Position numbers and translations under genes: made by a program
Assembly (NCBI GenBank): GCA_017631085.1
Contig: JAGBTY010000020.1
Span: 9,855-73,854 of the forward strand
Direction of reading: 5' to 3'
DNA: 64,000 nt
Source of the DNA: Clostridia bacterium
Lineage (GTDB): Bacteria; Bacillota; Clostridia; Oscillospirales; CAG-272
Shown: one piece after another, positions 1 to 9,505 of the stretch
Layout: each line of letters opens with the position of its first letter
Position numbering within the stretch: position 1 is the first letter of the stretch
The notes under the pieces: model-generated
What the model saw: only the letters and a program-made list of their open reading frames with translations
The model's database searches: none
What the model was told of the DNA's origin: nothing

Positions 1-2
1 CT

Positions 3-455
3 CACAACTATCCTTACGATATATCCTATAACTGCTCTGTTATACAAAACAAGGTATTTGCGCTTGTCTGCCACATGTCCCCCACGCTCAAAAAGGACTG
101 TTCGGACTTGCATATTGAGCTCATAAACGTTCGCCAAGGGTATACAAAATGCTCTTCAGCCCTTGTGGGTGATAAAGGAATAATTTCTTCCGATGCTTCT
201 ATCTTAAAAGCAGCCGAGCAGCGAGGTATCAGAACACTTCGTATCTCGGAGGGCAACATTGAGCTTCAACCGTATTCTCACGGATTTATTGGAGGGGCTA
301 CGGGTTACGACAACGGAAAAATGTTTTTCGCGGGCAATTATATGACTCACCCCGACGGAAAAGAAATGGAAAGCTTTTGCAAAAGCTTCGGAATAGAGCC
401 AATATCACTTGCTAACGGCAATCTTACCGATATAGGTACGATCTTATTTATCTGA
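3..455 (+). CDS. conserved hypothetical protein, 3' part (ORF open to the window edge)
   Basis: Frame 3 has no stop from nt 3 (HNYPYDISYNCSVIQNK...) to the stop at 453-455, so the Met at 75 is probably internal. I see no motif I can name with certainty. Confidence 0.45.
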   Translation, partial: HNYPYDISYNCSVIQNKVFALVCHMSPTLKKDCSDLHIELINVRQGYTKCSSALVGDKGIISSDASILKAAEQRGIRTLRISEGNIELQPYSHGFIGGATGYDNGKMFFAGNYMTHPDGKEMESFCKSFGIEPISLANGNLTDIGTILFI

Positions 456-1536
456 ACATAGCTCTCAATGATCTGATACATTCGAAAAGCTTTCGCGAGC
501 TTTCCTCATTCTCGAGGATAAACGTTACATATTCAAGAGGCAATATTCTCGAAAGTCTCAAAAGCGACACAAAAAGCTCTGCTTCAGGAATGTTTTTATG
601 ACAAATGAATATAGGAAATATACCCTGCTTATTGTTTGCCGAATAGAAATATTCGGCAATATTTTTTTCTTGGCAAGAGGAATCAAAGCCAATACTTATC
701 ATATCAGAAAGACGAATATTCGAAAAGCTTTTTTCTATGCTCTTGACAAGATAGAAGGCGTTTTTCATATTGTCAAAAACAATATTTAATTGTATTTTTC
801 GCTCTGTATTTTTCGAAATCACTTGATATATCAAGCCATAATATAAACTGAATTTTTCGTCGGTATCCAAAGCCTCGCCCTTGCAGTATTTTTCAAACGC
901 AGCATCGCAATGATATTTGTCAGTTTTAAGGGAGTCAGATCGTCCTTCAATGCATATAATTATGTCATTTATTCCTTTATTTTCAATATGTTTCAAAAAT
1001 TCTTCCGCAAAGCCTACCATATCTTCAGCATCTACACAAATGTTTTTCAATGCCTCTTCAATATCAGCAGAATATTTGATATTATTGTTTTTTTCGACAG
1101 CGTATTCAGACATTTTTACGACTTGATAACCGTTTTTTTCATTGTTTTTTTCAACACTATAATTAGAATCAATATTTCCAAAAGCAAAACATAACCGTCT
1201 CCATATTTCAGATGCATTATAGCTATCGATCTCATCCTTTGAGATCAGACTGTCAATATATTCTCTTTCACCCATAAGAGTAAAAACACAAAAAATTTCC
1301 TCAACAAAATCATCAAACAAACGTGTTCCCTTACCCCTGCCGATAGCGCTGCACACAAAAGCGAATTTTTCGAAATCCGACATTTTGTTGGTATCGTTTT
1401 TTTCGTGGGATGAGAGCATTTCAGAGAGTCTTAAAAGCTCATCGTTCAAGAATATTTCAGTCGGATTGTTAAGCCTTTTGTATTTTTCACTTTCACATAT
1501 ATAAGAATTCATAAGTACTTTGCCTTCAATTAACAT
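448..1536 (-). CDS. hypothetical protein (low-GC orphan, no recognisable motif)
   Basis: 362-aa uninterrupted ORF that is visibly AT-richer than its neighbours. It converges on the upstream gene and overlaps its 3' end by 8 nt. Confidence 0.5.
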   Translation of the reverse strand: MLIEGKVLMNSYICESEKYKRLNNPTEIFLNDELLRLSEMLSSHEKNDTNKMSDFEKFAFVCSAIGRGKGTRLFDDFVEEIFCVFTLMGEREYIDSLISKDEIDSYNASEIWRRLCFAFGNIDSNYSVEKNNEKNGYQVVKMSEYAVEKNNNIKYSADIEEALKNICVDAEDMVGFAEEFLKHIENKGINDIIICIEGRSDSLKTDKYHCDAAFEKYCKGEALDTDEKFSLYYGLIYQVISKNTERKIQLNIVFDNMKNAFYLVKSIEKSFSNIRLSDMISIGFDSSCQEKNIAEYFYSANNKQGIFPIFICHKNIPEAELFVSLLRLSRILPLEYVTFILENEESSRKLFECIRSLRAMFR

Positions 1537-1639
1537 CTGCTTGATACCTCATTTTTTTCGTTTGCCTATCTTTTTTTATTATATCACCCTTTTTCCTTTT
1601 TTTCAATAATATATTTTTCTAAAAAATAGCAAAAAAATG

Positions 1640-1668
1640 TAGACTTTTTCGCCTTTTTATGTTATAAT
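1640..1668 (+). promoter_or_regulatory. putative sigma-A promoter (TAGACT-17-TGnTATAAT) for the MBL hydrolase gene
   Basis: An extended -10 TGTTATAAT ends at 1668. A weak -35 TAGACT lies 17 nt upstream. The element sits about 35 nt upstream of the ATG at 1701. Confidence 0.35.
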
Positions 1669-1700
1669 AATATGAAGTATTATTTTTACACGAGGCATTT

Positions 1701-2315
1701 ATGAAAATCATACCGATCTGTCCCGAATCTTTTGCGTCAAATACTTACGCATTGATATCTTCCGGCCACGCACTTATAGTTGACCCTTCCGTTTCGGTGG
1801 ATGCCATTAAGAAGGCAACAGAAAAAGAAAATGCCATTATCGACGGTATCATACTGACTCACGGGCATTTCGACCACGTTCTCTCGATGGACGAGCTTCG
1901 AGCGGCAGAAAACGTTAAGGTATATATCCACAAAAACGATTCCGAGCTACTTACAGACGGAAGAAAAAATGCCTTTTATGAATTTTTCAGGCGCGAGAGA
2001 GCATTTGGTGCGGCAGACGTATTGCTATCTAACGAAGACACAATAAGACTTGGAGAAGAAACCGTAAAGGTCATCCACACCCCGGGCCATACAGAAGGTT
2101 CGGTATGCTATCTTGCCGATGGGATCCTCGTAACAGGAGACACACTTTTCGCAGGAACGATAGGCAGATGCGACCTATACGGAGGCAATGACGAAAAAAT
2201 ACGGAATTCCCTTTCCGTTCTTCGTACTCTCCCGACAGATCTTATGATATACCCCGGGCATGGCTCTTCCTGCACTCTCGGTTACGCGCTCGACACGGCT
2301 GCATATTATTTATGA
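1701..2315 (+). CDS. MBL-fold metallo-hydrolase (hydroxyacylglutathione-hydrolase-like)
   Basis: Contains THGHFDH (the HxHxDH zinc motif), then HTPGHTEGS and a C-terminal PGHG. Confidence 0.85.
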   Translation: MKIIPICPESFASNTYALISSGHALIVDPSVSVDAIKKATEKENAIIDGIILTHGHFDHVLSMDELRAAENVKVYIHKNDSELLTDGRKNAFYEFFRRERAFGAADVLLSNEDTIRLGEETVKVIHTPGHTEGSVCYLADGILVTGDTLFAGTIGRCDLYGGNDEKIRNSLSVLRTLPTDLMIYPGHGSSCTLGYALDTAAYYL

Positions 2316-2330
2316 CAAAAAAACATATAC

Positions 2331-4034
2331 ATGAAAGGAATTATGACAATGGACTATCAAAAACTCGCCGAGCTTTTATATAAAGACGTATCAAAAACTC
2401 CCGCTGACATTGAAGCGGAATTTCCCCCACGTTCCCTCCCCGAAGGAGCAAAGGTAACACGTTTCGCGCCAAGCCCTACGGGATTCGTTCACTTTGGAGG
2501 CCTTTTTCCCACGACGGTTGCAGAAAGGCTGGCGCATCAAAGTGGCGGTGTGCTTTACCTTCGTATAGAGGACACGGATGCGAAACGCGAAGTCCCCGGT
2601 GCTGCCGAAGCACTTATACGCACTCTTGCAACGTATGGAATAAACTTTGACGAAGGCGCAATTATCGGCGAGAATGGAAAGATAACCGATAAAGGCGCTT
2701 ACGGCCCTTACAAGCAGAGTCTCCGAGGCGATATTTATCACGTATTTGCAAAGCAGCTCGTTAAGGAAGGAAAGGCATACCCATGCTTCACCACCGAGGA
2801 AGAGCTTGAGGAACTTAACAAACAGAACAAAAAAGAGGAAATAAAAAATACCGATTGGCAGGCAGAAGCAGAGGCAAGACGCAAGGAAATGCTCGAGAGA
2901 CGCAACTTCACCATAGAAGAGGTAGAGGCTCATCTTGCGGCAGGTGATCCCTTTGTTTTAAGAATACTTGCTGACGGTGATCCCGACAAAAAGGTCAAAT
3001 TCACAGATCTTGTAAAGGGTAATATGGAGATCCCCGAAAACGACGAGGATTTCGTTCTCCTCAAATCAGACGGTATCCCTACGTATCATTTCGCGCACGC
3101 GGTAGACGATCACCTCATGGGAACTACACACGTTATTCGCGGTGAAGAATGGCTTCCAAGCCTAGCAAAACATCTCCAGCTATTCAGATATCTTGGATTC
3201 AAAACTCCCAAATATATGCACATAGCCCAGATAATGAAACTTGATGAAAACGGCAACAAGAAAAAGCTTTCAAAGAGAGACATGGGCGCTAACATGGACG
3301 ATTATACCGAAATGGGCTACTGTCCCGAGGCGGTATGCGAATACGTTATGACACTTCTCAACTCCAACTACGAAGAGTGGAGAATGCAAAATCCCGACAA
3401 GAGCTACACTGAATTCCCATTTAACATCAAGAAAATGTCGGTTTCGGGTTGTCTCTTTGATTTCAACAAGCTCAATGACGTATCGAAGAACGTTATCTCA
3501 AAGATGTCTGCCGAGGACGTGACCGAAAAGGTATCTGCATGGGCAACAAAATTCGACGCGGAATTCGGTGAGCTGCTTTTAGCAGACAAGGACTATGCAG
3601 AAAAGATATTTGCAATAGGACGAGGCGGAAAGAAGCCAAGAAAAGACCTCGCTACTTGGAAGGATGCAAAGCCATACATGGGATTCTTCTATGACAAGTA
3701 TTTCGAGATCGAAGCTCCCTATCCGGAAAGCTTTGAAAAAGAAGACATCAAGGCTATACTTTCTGATTTCAATGATGCTTTTGACGCATCTGACGATATG
3801 AACGTATGGTTCGATAAGATAAAAGCAATTGGTGAAAAATACGGTTATGCCTCCGACATGAAGGCATATAAAGCATCGCCCGAAAGCTTTAAGGGCAACG
3901 TCGCCGATGTCAGCATGTTTATAAGACTTGCGGTAACGGGCAAAATAAACTCACCCGATATGTATTCCGTAATGCAGATACTCGGGAAGGAAAAGGTTTG
4001 TGAGCGTATAGCTAAAATGATAGCTTCGCTTTGA
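2331..4034 (+). CDS. gltX: glutamate--tRNA ligase
   Basis: Class-I aaRS signatures: APSPTGFVHFGG (HIGH-type), RIEDTD and KLSKR (KMSKS-type). An alternative start at 2349 lies 9 nt after AAAGGA. Confidence 0.85.
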   Translation: MKGIMTMDYQKLAELLYKDVSKTPADIEAEFPPRSLPEGAKVTRFAPSPTGFVHFGGLFPTTVAERLAHQSGGVLYLRIEDTDAKREVPGAAEALIRTLATYGINFDEGAIIGENGKITDKGAYGPYKQSLRGDIYHVFAKQLVKEGKAYPCFTTEEELEELNKQNKKEEIKNTDWQAEAEARRKEMLERRNFTIEEVEAHLAAGDPFVLRILADGDPDKKVKFTDLVKGNMEIPENDEDFVLLKSDGIPTYHFAHAVDDHLMGTTHVIRGEEWLPSLAKHLQLFRYLGFKTPKYMHIAQIMKLDENGNKKKLSKRDMGANMDDYTEMGYCPEAVCEYVMTLLNSNYEEWRMQNPDKSYTEFPFNIKKMSVSGCLFDFNKLNDVSKNVISKMSAEDVTEKVSAWATKFDAEFGELLLADKDYAEKIFAIGRGGKKPRKDLATWKDAKPYMGFFYDKYFEIEAPYPESFEKEDIKAILSDFNDAFDASDDMNVWFDKIKAIGEKYGYASDMKAYKASPESFKGNVADVSMFIRLAVTGKINSPDMYSVMQILGKEKVCERIAKMIASL

Positions 4035-4073
4035 TCAGGTTTATTATATAATTAAATATCAGGAGATAAAAAC

Positions 4074-5732
4074 ATGGCAGAAATAGCAAATAATTTTATA
4101 CACGACATTATAGACGCAGACCTCAGAGAAAACCCCGAAATAAAGGTCCACACACGTTTCCCACCCGAGCCTAACGGATATCTCCACATAGGCTCTGCAA
4201 AGGCAATACTCATAAACTATGAGACCGCAAAAAAATACGGTGGACTTTTCAATCTCCGTTATGACGATACAAACCCCGCAAAAGAAGACAACGAATACGT
4301 TGAGGCTATATATGAAGACCTCTGTTGGTTGGGAGCTACACCCTCGGGCGGTGTTTTCTACGGCTCTGATTATTTTGACAAGTGCTACGAATACGCTGAA
4401 AAGCTTATCATGGACGGAAAGGCATACGTATGCGACCTGTCCTCAGAGGAAATGAAGGAATACAGAGGCACACTTACAGAACCAGGCAAGGAAAGCCCCT
4501 ACCGCAACAGAAGCGTTGAGGAAAACCTCGATCTCTTCAGAAGAATGAAAGCAGGAGAATTCCCCGACGGAAGCAGAACACTCAGAGCAAAGATAGATAT
4601 GGCGTCGCCTAACATGAATATGCGTGACCCCGCTATCTACAGAATAGTTCACACTTCTCATCACCGTCAGGGCGATAAATGGTGCATCTATCCTCTTTAT
4701 GACTATGCTCATCCCATTCAGGACGCGCTTGAGGGTATAACCTACTCTCTCTGCTCTCTTGAATTTGAAAATCATCGTCCCCTTTACGAGTGGGTAATAA
4801 ACAACATCGGAATTTTTGATCCCGAGCCCAAGCAGAGAGAATTCGCGCGTCTGAACGTAACCGCAACAGTCATGTCCAAGCGTTATCTTCGTTACCTCGT
4901 TGAAAACGACATGGTAGATGGGTGGGACGATCCCAGACTTCCTACAATATGCGGTCTTCGCCGTCGTGGCTACACACCCGAATCTATTTTCAATTTCGTA
5001 CGCAGTGCGGGCATCTCAAAGGCTAACAGTCTTGTTGACGTTGAAATGCTTGAGCATTCTATAAGAGAAGAGCTTAACGCAAAAGCCCCAAGAAGAATAG
5101 CTATCGAATCCCCCATAAAGCTGGTTATTACAAACTATCCCGAGGACAAGGTAGAATATTTTGAGCTTCCCAACAATCCTCAAGATCCCGAAGCTGGAAC
5201 AAGACAGCTCCCCTTCGGCAGAGAGCTTTATATAGACGCATCCGATTTTGCAGAAGTACCGCCTCCAAAATTCTTCCGTCTCAAGCCCGACGGAGAGGTC
5301 AGACTTATGGGAGCATATATTGTAAAATGCACCGAGATAATCAAGGACTCCGACGGAAATATTATCGAGATACACGCAACAGCAGATCTTGAAACAAGAA
5401 ACGGTAATCCTGCAGATGGTAGAAAGATAAAAGGAACTATCCACTGGCTCTCGGCAAAGGAAGCATGCGATACTACCCTTATGCTCTATGACAGACTCTT
5501 TACCATAGAGAATGTAAACGCGATCCCCGAGGATAAGACCTACAACGATTATCTCAATCCCGACTCCCTCCGTGTCGTTAAGGGTGCAAAGGTCGAAAAA
5601 GCCTTGTTCGAAGCAGCACCTGGCGAAAAATTCCAGTTTGTCAGAAACGGATATTTCTGCAAGGATACGAAAAATGAAAACACCTTTAACCGCATAGTCG
5701 GTCTTAAGGATAGCTTCCCTGCAAAAAAATAA
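4074..5732 (+). CDS. glnS: glutamine--tRNA ligase
   Basis: Contains RFPPEPNGYLHIGSAKA, LRYDDTNP and VMSKR, with a C-terminal anticodon-binding beta-barrel region. AGGAG lies 8 nt upstream of the ATG. Confidence 0.9.
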   Translation: MAEIANNFIHDIIDADLRENPEIKVHTRFPPEPNGYLHIGSAKAILINYETAKKYGGLFNLRYDDTNPAKEDNEYVEAIYEDLCWLGATPSGGVFYGSDYFDKCYEYAEKLIMDGKAYVCDLSSEEMKEYRGTLTEPGKESPYRNRSVEENLDLFRRMKAGEFPDGSRTLRAKIDMASPNMNMRDPAIYRIVHTSHHRQGDKWCIYPLYDYAHPIQDALEGITYSLCSLEFENHRPLYEWVINNIGIFDPEPKQREFARLNVTATVMSKRYLRYLVENDMVDGWDDPRLPTICGLRRRGYTPESIFNFVRSAGISKANSLVDVEMLEHSIREELNAKAPRRIAIESPIKLVITNYPEDKVEYFELPNNPQDPEAGTRQLPFGRELYIDASDFAEVPPPKFFRLKPDGEVRLMGAYIVKCTEIIKDSDGNIIEIHATADLETRNGNPADGRKIKGTIHWLSAKEACDTTLMLYDRLFTIENVNAIPEDKTYNDYLNPDSLRVVKGAKVEKALFEAAPGEKFQFVRNGYFCKDTKNENTFNRIVGLKDSFPAKK

Positions 5733-5764
5733 TCTCAAAAATCCTTTACGAAAGGGCATAAATT

Positions 5765-6046
5765 ATGAATCCTATTACTATTGCAATAATTTACCTTGCC
5801 GCAATTTCTTTGATATCTGTAATCGTTTGTATATACGATAAATTTTCGGCAAAACATAATCCGCGCCATAGGACAAGAGAAAGAACTCTTCTTTTACTGT
5901 CCGCACTCGGCGGCTCGGTAGCAATGTATGCCACTATGCAAATAATACGCCACAAGACCAAACACGTAAAGTTTATGGTTGGAATTCCCGTTATCATTAT
6001 TGTTCAAGCGGTTGCGGCATACTTTATCATTACTGCTCTTTCATAA
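5765..6046 (+). CDS. DUF1294-family small membrane protein
   Basis: N-terminal TM segment, DKFSAK...R.RE..LL..S.LGGS...Y......HKTKH, and a C-terminal TM segment. This is the typical DUF1294 pattern. Confidence 0.7.
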   Translation: MNPITIAIIYLAAISLISVIVCIYDKFSAKHNPRHRTRERTLLLLSALGGSVAMYATMQIIRHKTKHVKFMVGIPVIIIVQAVAAYFIITALS

Positions 6047-6069
6047 CTTCAAAAGAAAGGGATTTTAAA

Positions 6070-7692
6070 ATGAATACAGCTACAGATCTCACAAAATTCA
6101 GCCTGTTATATCCCGACGAAATGTCACAGATTCGCCATTACAACGGCGACGACGTACCTGCCATAGATATGTTCGTTTTGGACGAGCTTGGTCTTGCAGA
6201 AATATTTGAGCTTAAAAACAGTGACCTCGACGAATTTTTTACAACAGACGTAGACGTTATAAAACACCGTATGGATGTTTTTGACGATATGCTTGACAAC
6301 CCCGAACTCGCAATAACACTTAACAAGCTTATTCCTATACTCACCGATATAATGGAGCTGCGACGTCTCGAATTTGATTCGGGCGAAACAGAATCTTATC
6401 TTGAGAGTATAACCGAAATAGAGCTTTATATCTCGAGCATTTCCACACTTTATCAAGGCCTTTCGCCTCTTGGCGAAAAGCTTAAGAGTCAAGCCTTCAT
6501 AACACTTAACAACAGAATATGCGAACTTGTTGAAAGTGATTATTACAAGGAGCTTAACGCCAAGCTCTCCGAGCTCACAAGCAGGGTAAAGGATATCAAG
6601 AGCGTGACCATCGGAGTCAATCTTGACTCCCAGCTCCGTCCATCAAGCGCGGGAGTTCTTTCGATAAATCCCTCCCCCTTCCGTTCGGGAGACGTCATCG
6701 AAAAAATACTTCGTCTCAATTTTAAGGACGACGAATATACTTGTATTGCTGACCTCGTTCCGTTTTCAAAAAAACAGTCCGATAATCAAAAGGCAGCTAT
6801 GTCCCTTGCATTTAATTCTGCCATAAACGAAGTCTACCGCCAGTCACTTCGTTCGTGGAAAAAAATAGTACAGTCATACGTGCTTGAGAACACCGATTTC
6901 CTTTTGAATCTCATGCCCGAAATAGAATTTCTCGTAAAAGGAACAAATCTACTCCGAGCACTCAAGGAAAGAGGTCTCGATCTTTGCAAACCTGAAATCC
7001 TCACTCTTGACGGTGAATCGGTATTTAATGCTACGGGGCTTTACAATCCCTGTGTCGCACTTAAAGTCGATGATGAAATAGTATCCAACGACATTGAATT
7101 TAACCGCAACGAAGCAATGATCTACGTACTGACAGGTCCTAACCGCGGTGGAAAATCGGTTATAACCTGCGCCGTAGGTCTCTCACTTGCCATGCTCCAG
7201 CTTGGAATGTTCGTTCCCGCAACATCTGCCACCATATCGGTAGCCGACGGAATATTCACTCACTTCCCTACGGGTGCCGACGACACCATTGACAAGGGTA
7301 GACTTGGCGAAGAATGTGCGCGTCTTCGCGATATCTTTGACAGCGTGACCTCCAAGAGCTTTGTACTCCTTGACGAATCTCTTTCGTCCACAGGCTCTTA
7401 TGAAGCATCATATATTGCCGCAGAGGTGTTGGCGGGCATCAGCCGTATAGGCTGCCGTTGTCTATTCTCAACACACCTTCATGAGCTCGCCTCAGAAATA
7501 GACAACATAAACGCACGAACAGCGTCTCACGGCGGAAACAAGATCGATACGCTCGTAGCAGGTATAGAGGACGGAAAACGGTCATTTAAGATCGTTAGAA
7601 TGAAGCCCGACGGAAAGAGCTATGCGCGTGATATTGCCGACAAATACGGTCTTTCTTATGAAAATATAATCAAAGGACGTGCTCTAGACTGA
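6070..7692 (+). CDS. MutS-family ATPase paralogue (domain V only; no mismatch-binding or Smr domain evident)
   Basis: Walker A LTGPNRGGKSV, Walker B VLLDESLSSTGS, and STHLHEL typical of the MutS ABC-ATPase domain. The N-terminal ~330 aa are unassigned. Confidence 0.75.
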   Translation: MNTATDLTKFSLLYPDEMSQIRHYNGDDVPAIDMFVLDELGLAEIFELKNSDLDEFFTTDVDVIKHRMDVFDDMLDNPELAITLNKLIPILTDIMELRRLEFDSGETESYLESITEIELYISSISTLYQGLSPLGEKLKSQAFITLNNRICELVESDYYKELNAKLSELTSRVKDIKSVTIGVNLDSQLRPSSAGVLSINPSPFRSGDVIEKILRLNFKDDEYTCIADLVPFSKKQSDNQKAAMSLAFNSAINEVYRQSLRSWKKIVQSYVLENTDFLLNLMPEIEFLVKGTNLLRALKERGLDLCKPEILTLDGESVFNATGLYNPCVALKVDDEIVSNDIEFNRNEAMIYVLTGPNRGGKSVITCAVGLSLAMLQLGMFVPATSATISVADGIFTHFPTGADDTIDKGRLGEECARLRDIFDSVTSKSFVLLDESLSSTGSYEASYIAAEVLAGISRIGCRCLFSTHLHELASEIDNINARTASHGGNKIDTLVAGIEDGKRSFKIVRMKPDGKSYARDIADKYGLSYENIIKGRALD

Positions 7693-7714
7693 TACGTCCA
7701 AGAAAGGAAACAAT

Positions 7715-8194
7715 ATGAATTTTGAATTATTAAAACTTCTGGAGAGTGATGCTCGTCTCACTCCCGAACAACTTAGCATCATGCTTGATATATCTGTTGA
7801 AAAGGTTCGTGCAGATATTGCCGAGCTTGAAGCTGCAGGTATCATTCTCGGATATAAGACTCTCATAGATTGGGAGAAAACAGAGAGAGAATCGGTTTCT
7901 GCCATGATAGACGTAAAATTAATACCGCAACGCGACAGCGGCTTTGACCGTGTTGCGGAAAAAATATACAACTACCCCGAGGTCAAAGCAGTATATCTTA
8001 TGTCAGGCGGATACGACCTTTCTGTACTTATAGAAGGAAAAACGATGAAAGAGGTAGCTTATTTTGTAGCGCAAAAGCTCGCCACCATTGACTCCGTAAT
8101 GTCAACCGCTACACATTTCGTACTTCATAAATATAAAGATACCGGAGTCGTTTACGAAACCGGTGAAGTTGACGAGAGAGGAAACTGCAACTGA
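7715..8194 (+). CDS. Lrp/AsnC-family transcriptional regulator
   Basis: N-terminal wHTH (LLESDARLTPEQLSIMLDISVEKVRADI) plus a C-terminal RAM/AsnC_trans_reg-like domain. Its stop overlaps the start of the downstream aminotransferase (TGATG). Confidence 0.85.
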   Translation: MNFELLKLLESDARLTPEQLSIMLDISVEKVRADIAELEAAGIILGYKTLIDWEKTERESVSAMIDVKLIPQRDSGFDRVAEKIYNYPEVKAVYLMSGGYDLSVLIEGKTMKEVAYFVAQKLATIDSVMSTATHFVLHKYKDTGVVYETGEVDERGNCN

Positions 8195-9360
8195 TGATAG
8201 ATTATAGTAAAATTCTTTCCCCAACAGTAGTTAACACTCCAAAATCTGGAATACGTAAATTTTTTGACCTAATGGAATCCATGGACGACGTTGTCGGCCT
8301 TACCGTAGGTCAGCCCGACTTTGTAACTCCATGGCATATTCGTGAGGCAGGTATTACAAGTCTTGAAAAAGGCAAAACATACTATACCTCCAATGCGGGA
8401 ACGTTAGAGCTCCGTCAGGAGATAGTAAATTATATGTCACGTCGCTTCCACGTAAATTATGTGCCCGAAAAAGAGGTCATAGTTACAGTCGGCGGAAGCG
8501 AAGCTATCGATATTGCGCTGAGAGCTTGTATTGAAGTCGGAGACGAGGTAATAATCCCTACCCCATCATTTGTTTGCTATGCCCCCCTGACCGCTTTGTG
8601 CGGCGGAGTTCCCGTAACACTCGAAACAAAATATGAGGACAAATTCAAAATAAATCCCGAAGCACTTAAGGCTGCTATTACGCCCAAAACTAAAATGCTT
8701 GTGCTTCCATATCCCAACAACCCCACGGGAGCTATCATGACCGAAGACGAGCTTCGTGATATTGCAGAGGTAATAAAGGACACCAATATCGTTGTTCTTT
8801 CGGACGAAATATACGCGGAAATGACGTACGGCAGAAATCACTGCTCCTTTGCTTCTATTGACGGCATGTGGGAAAGAACGATAATTGCAAGCGGCTTTTC
8901 AAAGTCATATGCAATGACTGGTTGGCGTCTTGGTTATATCTGTGCTCCCAAAGAGCTTACCGAACAAATGCTCAAAATACATCAGTATGGTATAATGAGT
9001 TCTCCCACAACGTCACAATTTGCAGCAATTGAGGCTCTCAAAAACGGAGATGCCGACATTCAAATGATGGTTGAGGAATACAACCGCCGCCGCAGATATA
9101 TATATAACGCCCTTAAGGGACTCGGTATTGATTCATTTGAGCCCGAAGGAGCATTTTATATATTCCCGAATGTAGGGAAATTCGGCATGACAAGTGACGA
9201 GTTTTGTAACAGACTTATTAACGAGCAAAGGTGCGCCATAGTTCCCGGCTCTGCTTTCGGAGCAGGCGGAGAAGGCTTTGCAAGAATATCCTACGCATAC
9301 TCGATAAAACACATTACCCAGGCACTTGAAAGAATAGAGGCATTTATAAAAACTCTTTAA
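8194..9360 (+). CDS. pyridoxal-phosphate-dependent aminotransferase, class I/II (aspartate/aromatic type)
   Basis: Contains NPTGA and SGFSKSYAMTGWRLGY (the PLP-lysine motif) and ends with RISYA. Confidence 0.85.
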   Translation: MIDYSKILSPTVVNTPKSGIRKFFDLMESMDDVVGLTVGQPDFVTPWHIREAGITSLEKGKTYYTSNAGTLELRQEIVNYMSRRFHVNYVPEKEVIVTVGGSEAIDIALRACIEVGDEVIIPTPSFVCYAPLTALCGGVPVTLETKYEDKFKINPEALKAAITPKTKMLVLPYPNNPTGAIMTEDELRDIAEVIKDTNIVVLSDEIYAEMTYGRNHCSFASIDGMWERTIIASGFSKSYAMTGWRLGYICAPKELTEQMLKIHQYGIMSSPTTSQFAAIEALKNGDADIQMMVEEYNRRRRYIYNALKGLGIDSFEPEGAFYIFPNVGKFGMTSDEFCNRLINEQRCAIVPGSAFGAGGEGFARISYAYSIKHITQALERIEAFIKTL

Positions 9361-9370
9361 AAAAACAAAA

Positions 9371-9408
9371 CGGCTTTGCATCACCTTACTTATGCAGAGC
9401 CGCTTTTG
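9371..9408 (+). terminator. rho-independent terminator after the aminotransferase gene
   Basis: CGGCTTTGCAT...ATGCAGAGCCG stem (one G-U pair) followed by CTTTTG. Confidence 0.5.
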
Positions 9409-9505
9409 CAATATACGTAATATTTCATGCAAAAAAAGCAATTGAAAATAACCGCAAATAAATATATAATCTATATACATCTTGGTATATATTTAAGGAG
9501 AAAAA

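Noticed and set aside
2331-5732. Adjacent gltX and glnS as something unusual for a Firmicute.
   Set aside because: Many Clostridia encode a genuine GlnRS next to GluRS. Both ORFs are intact with canonical class-I motifs, so this is ordinary.
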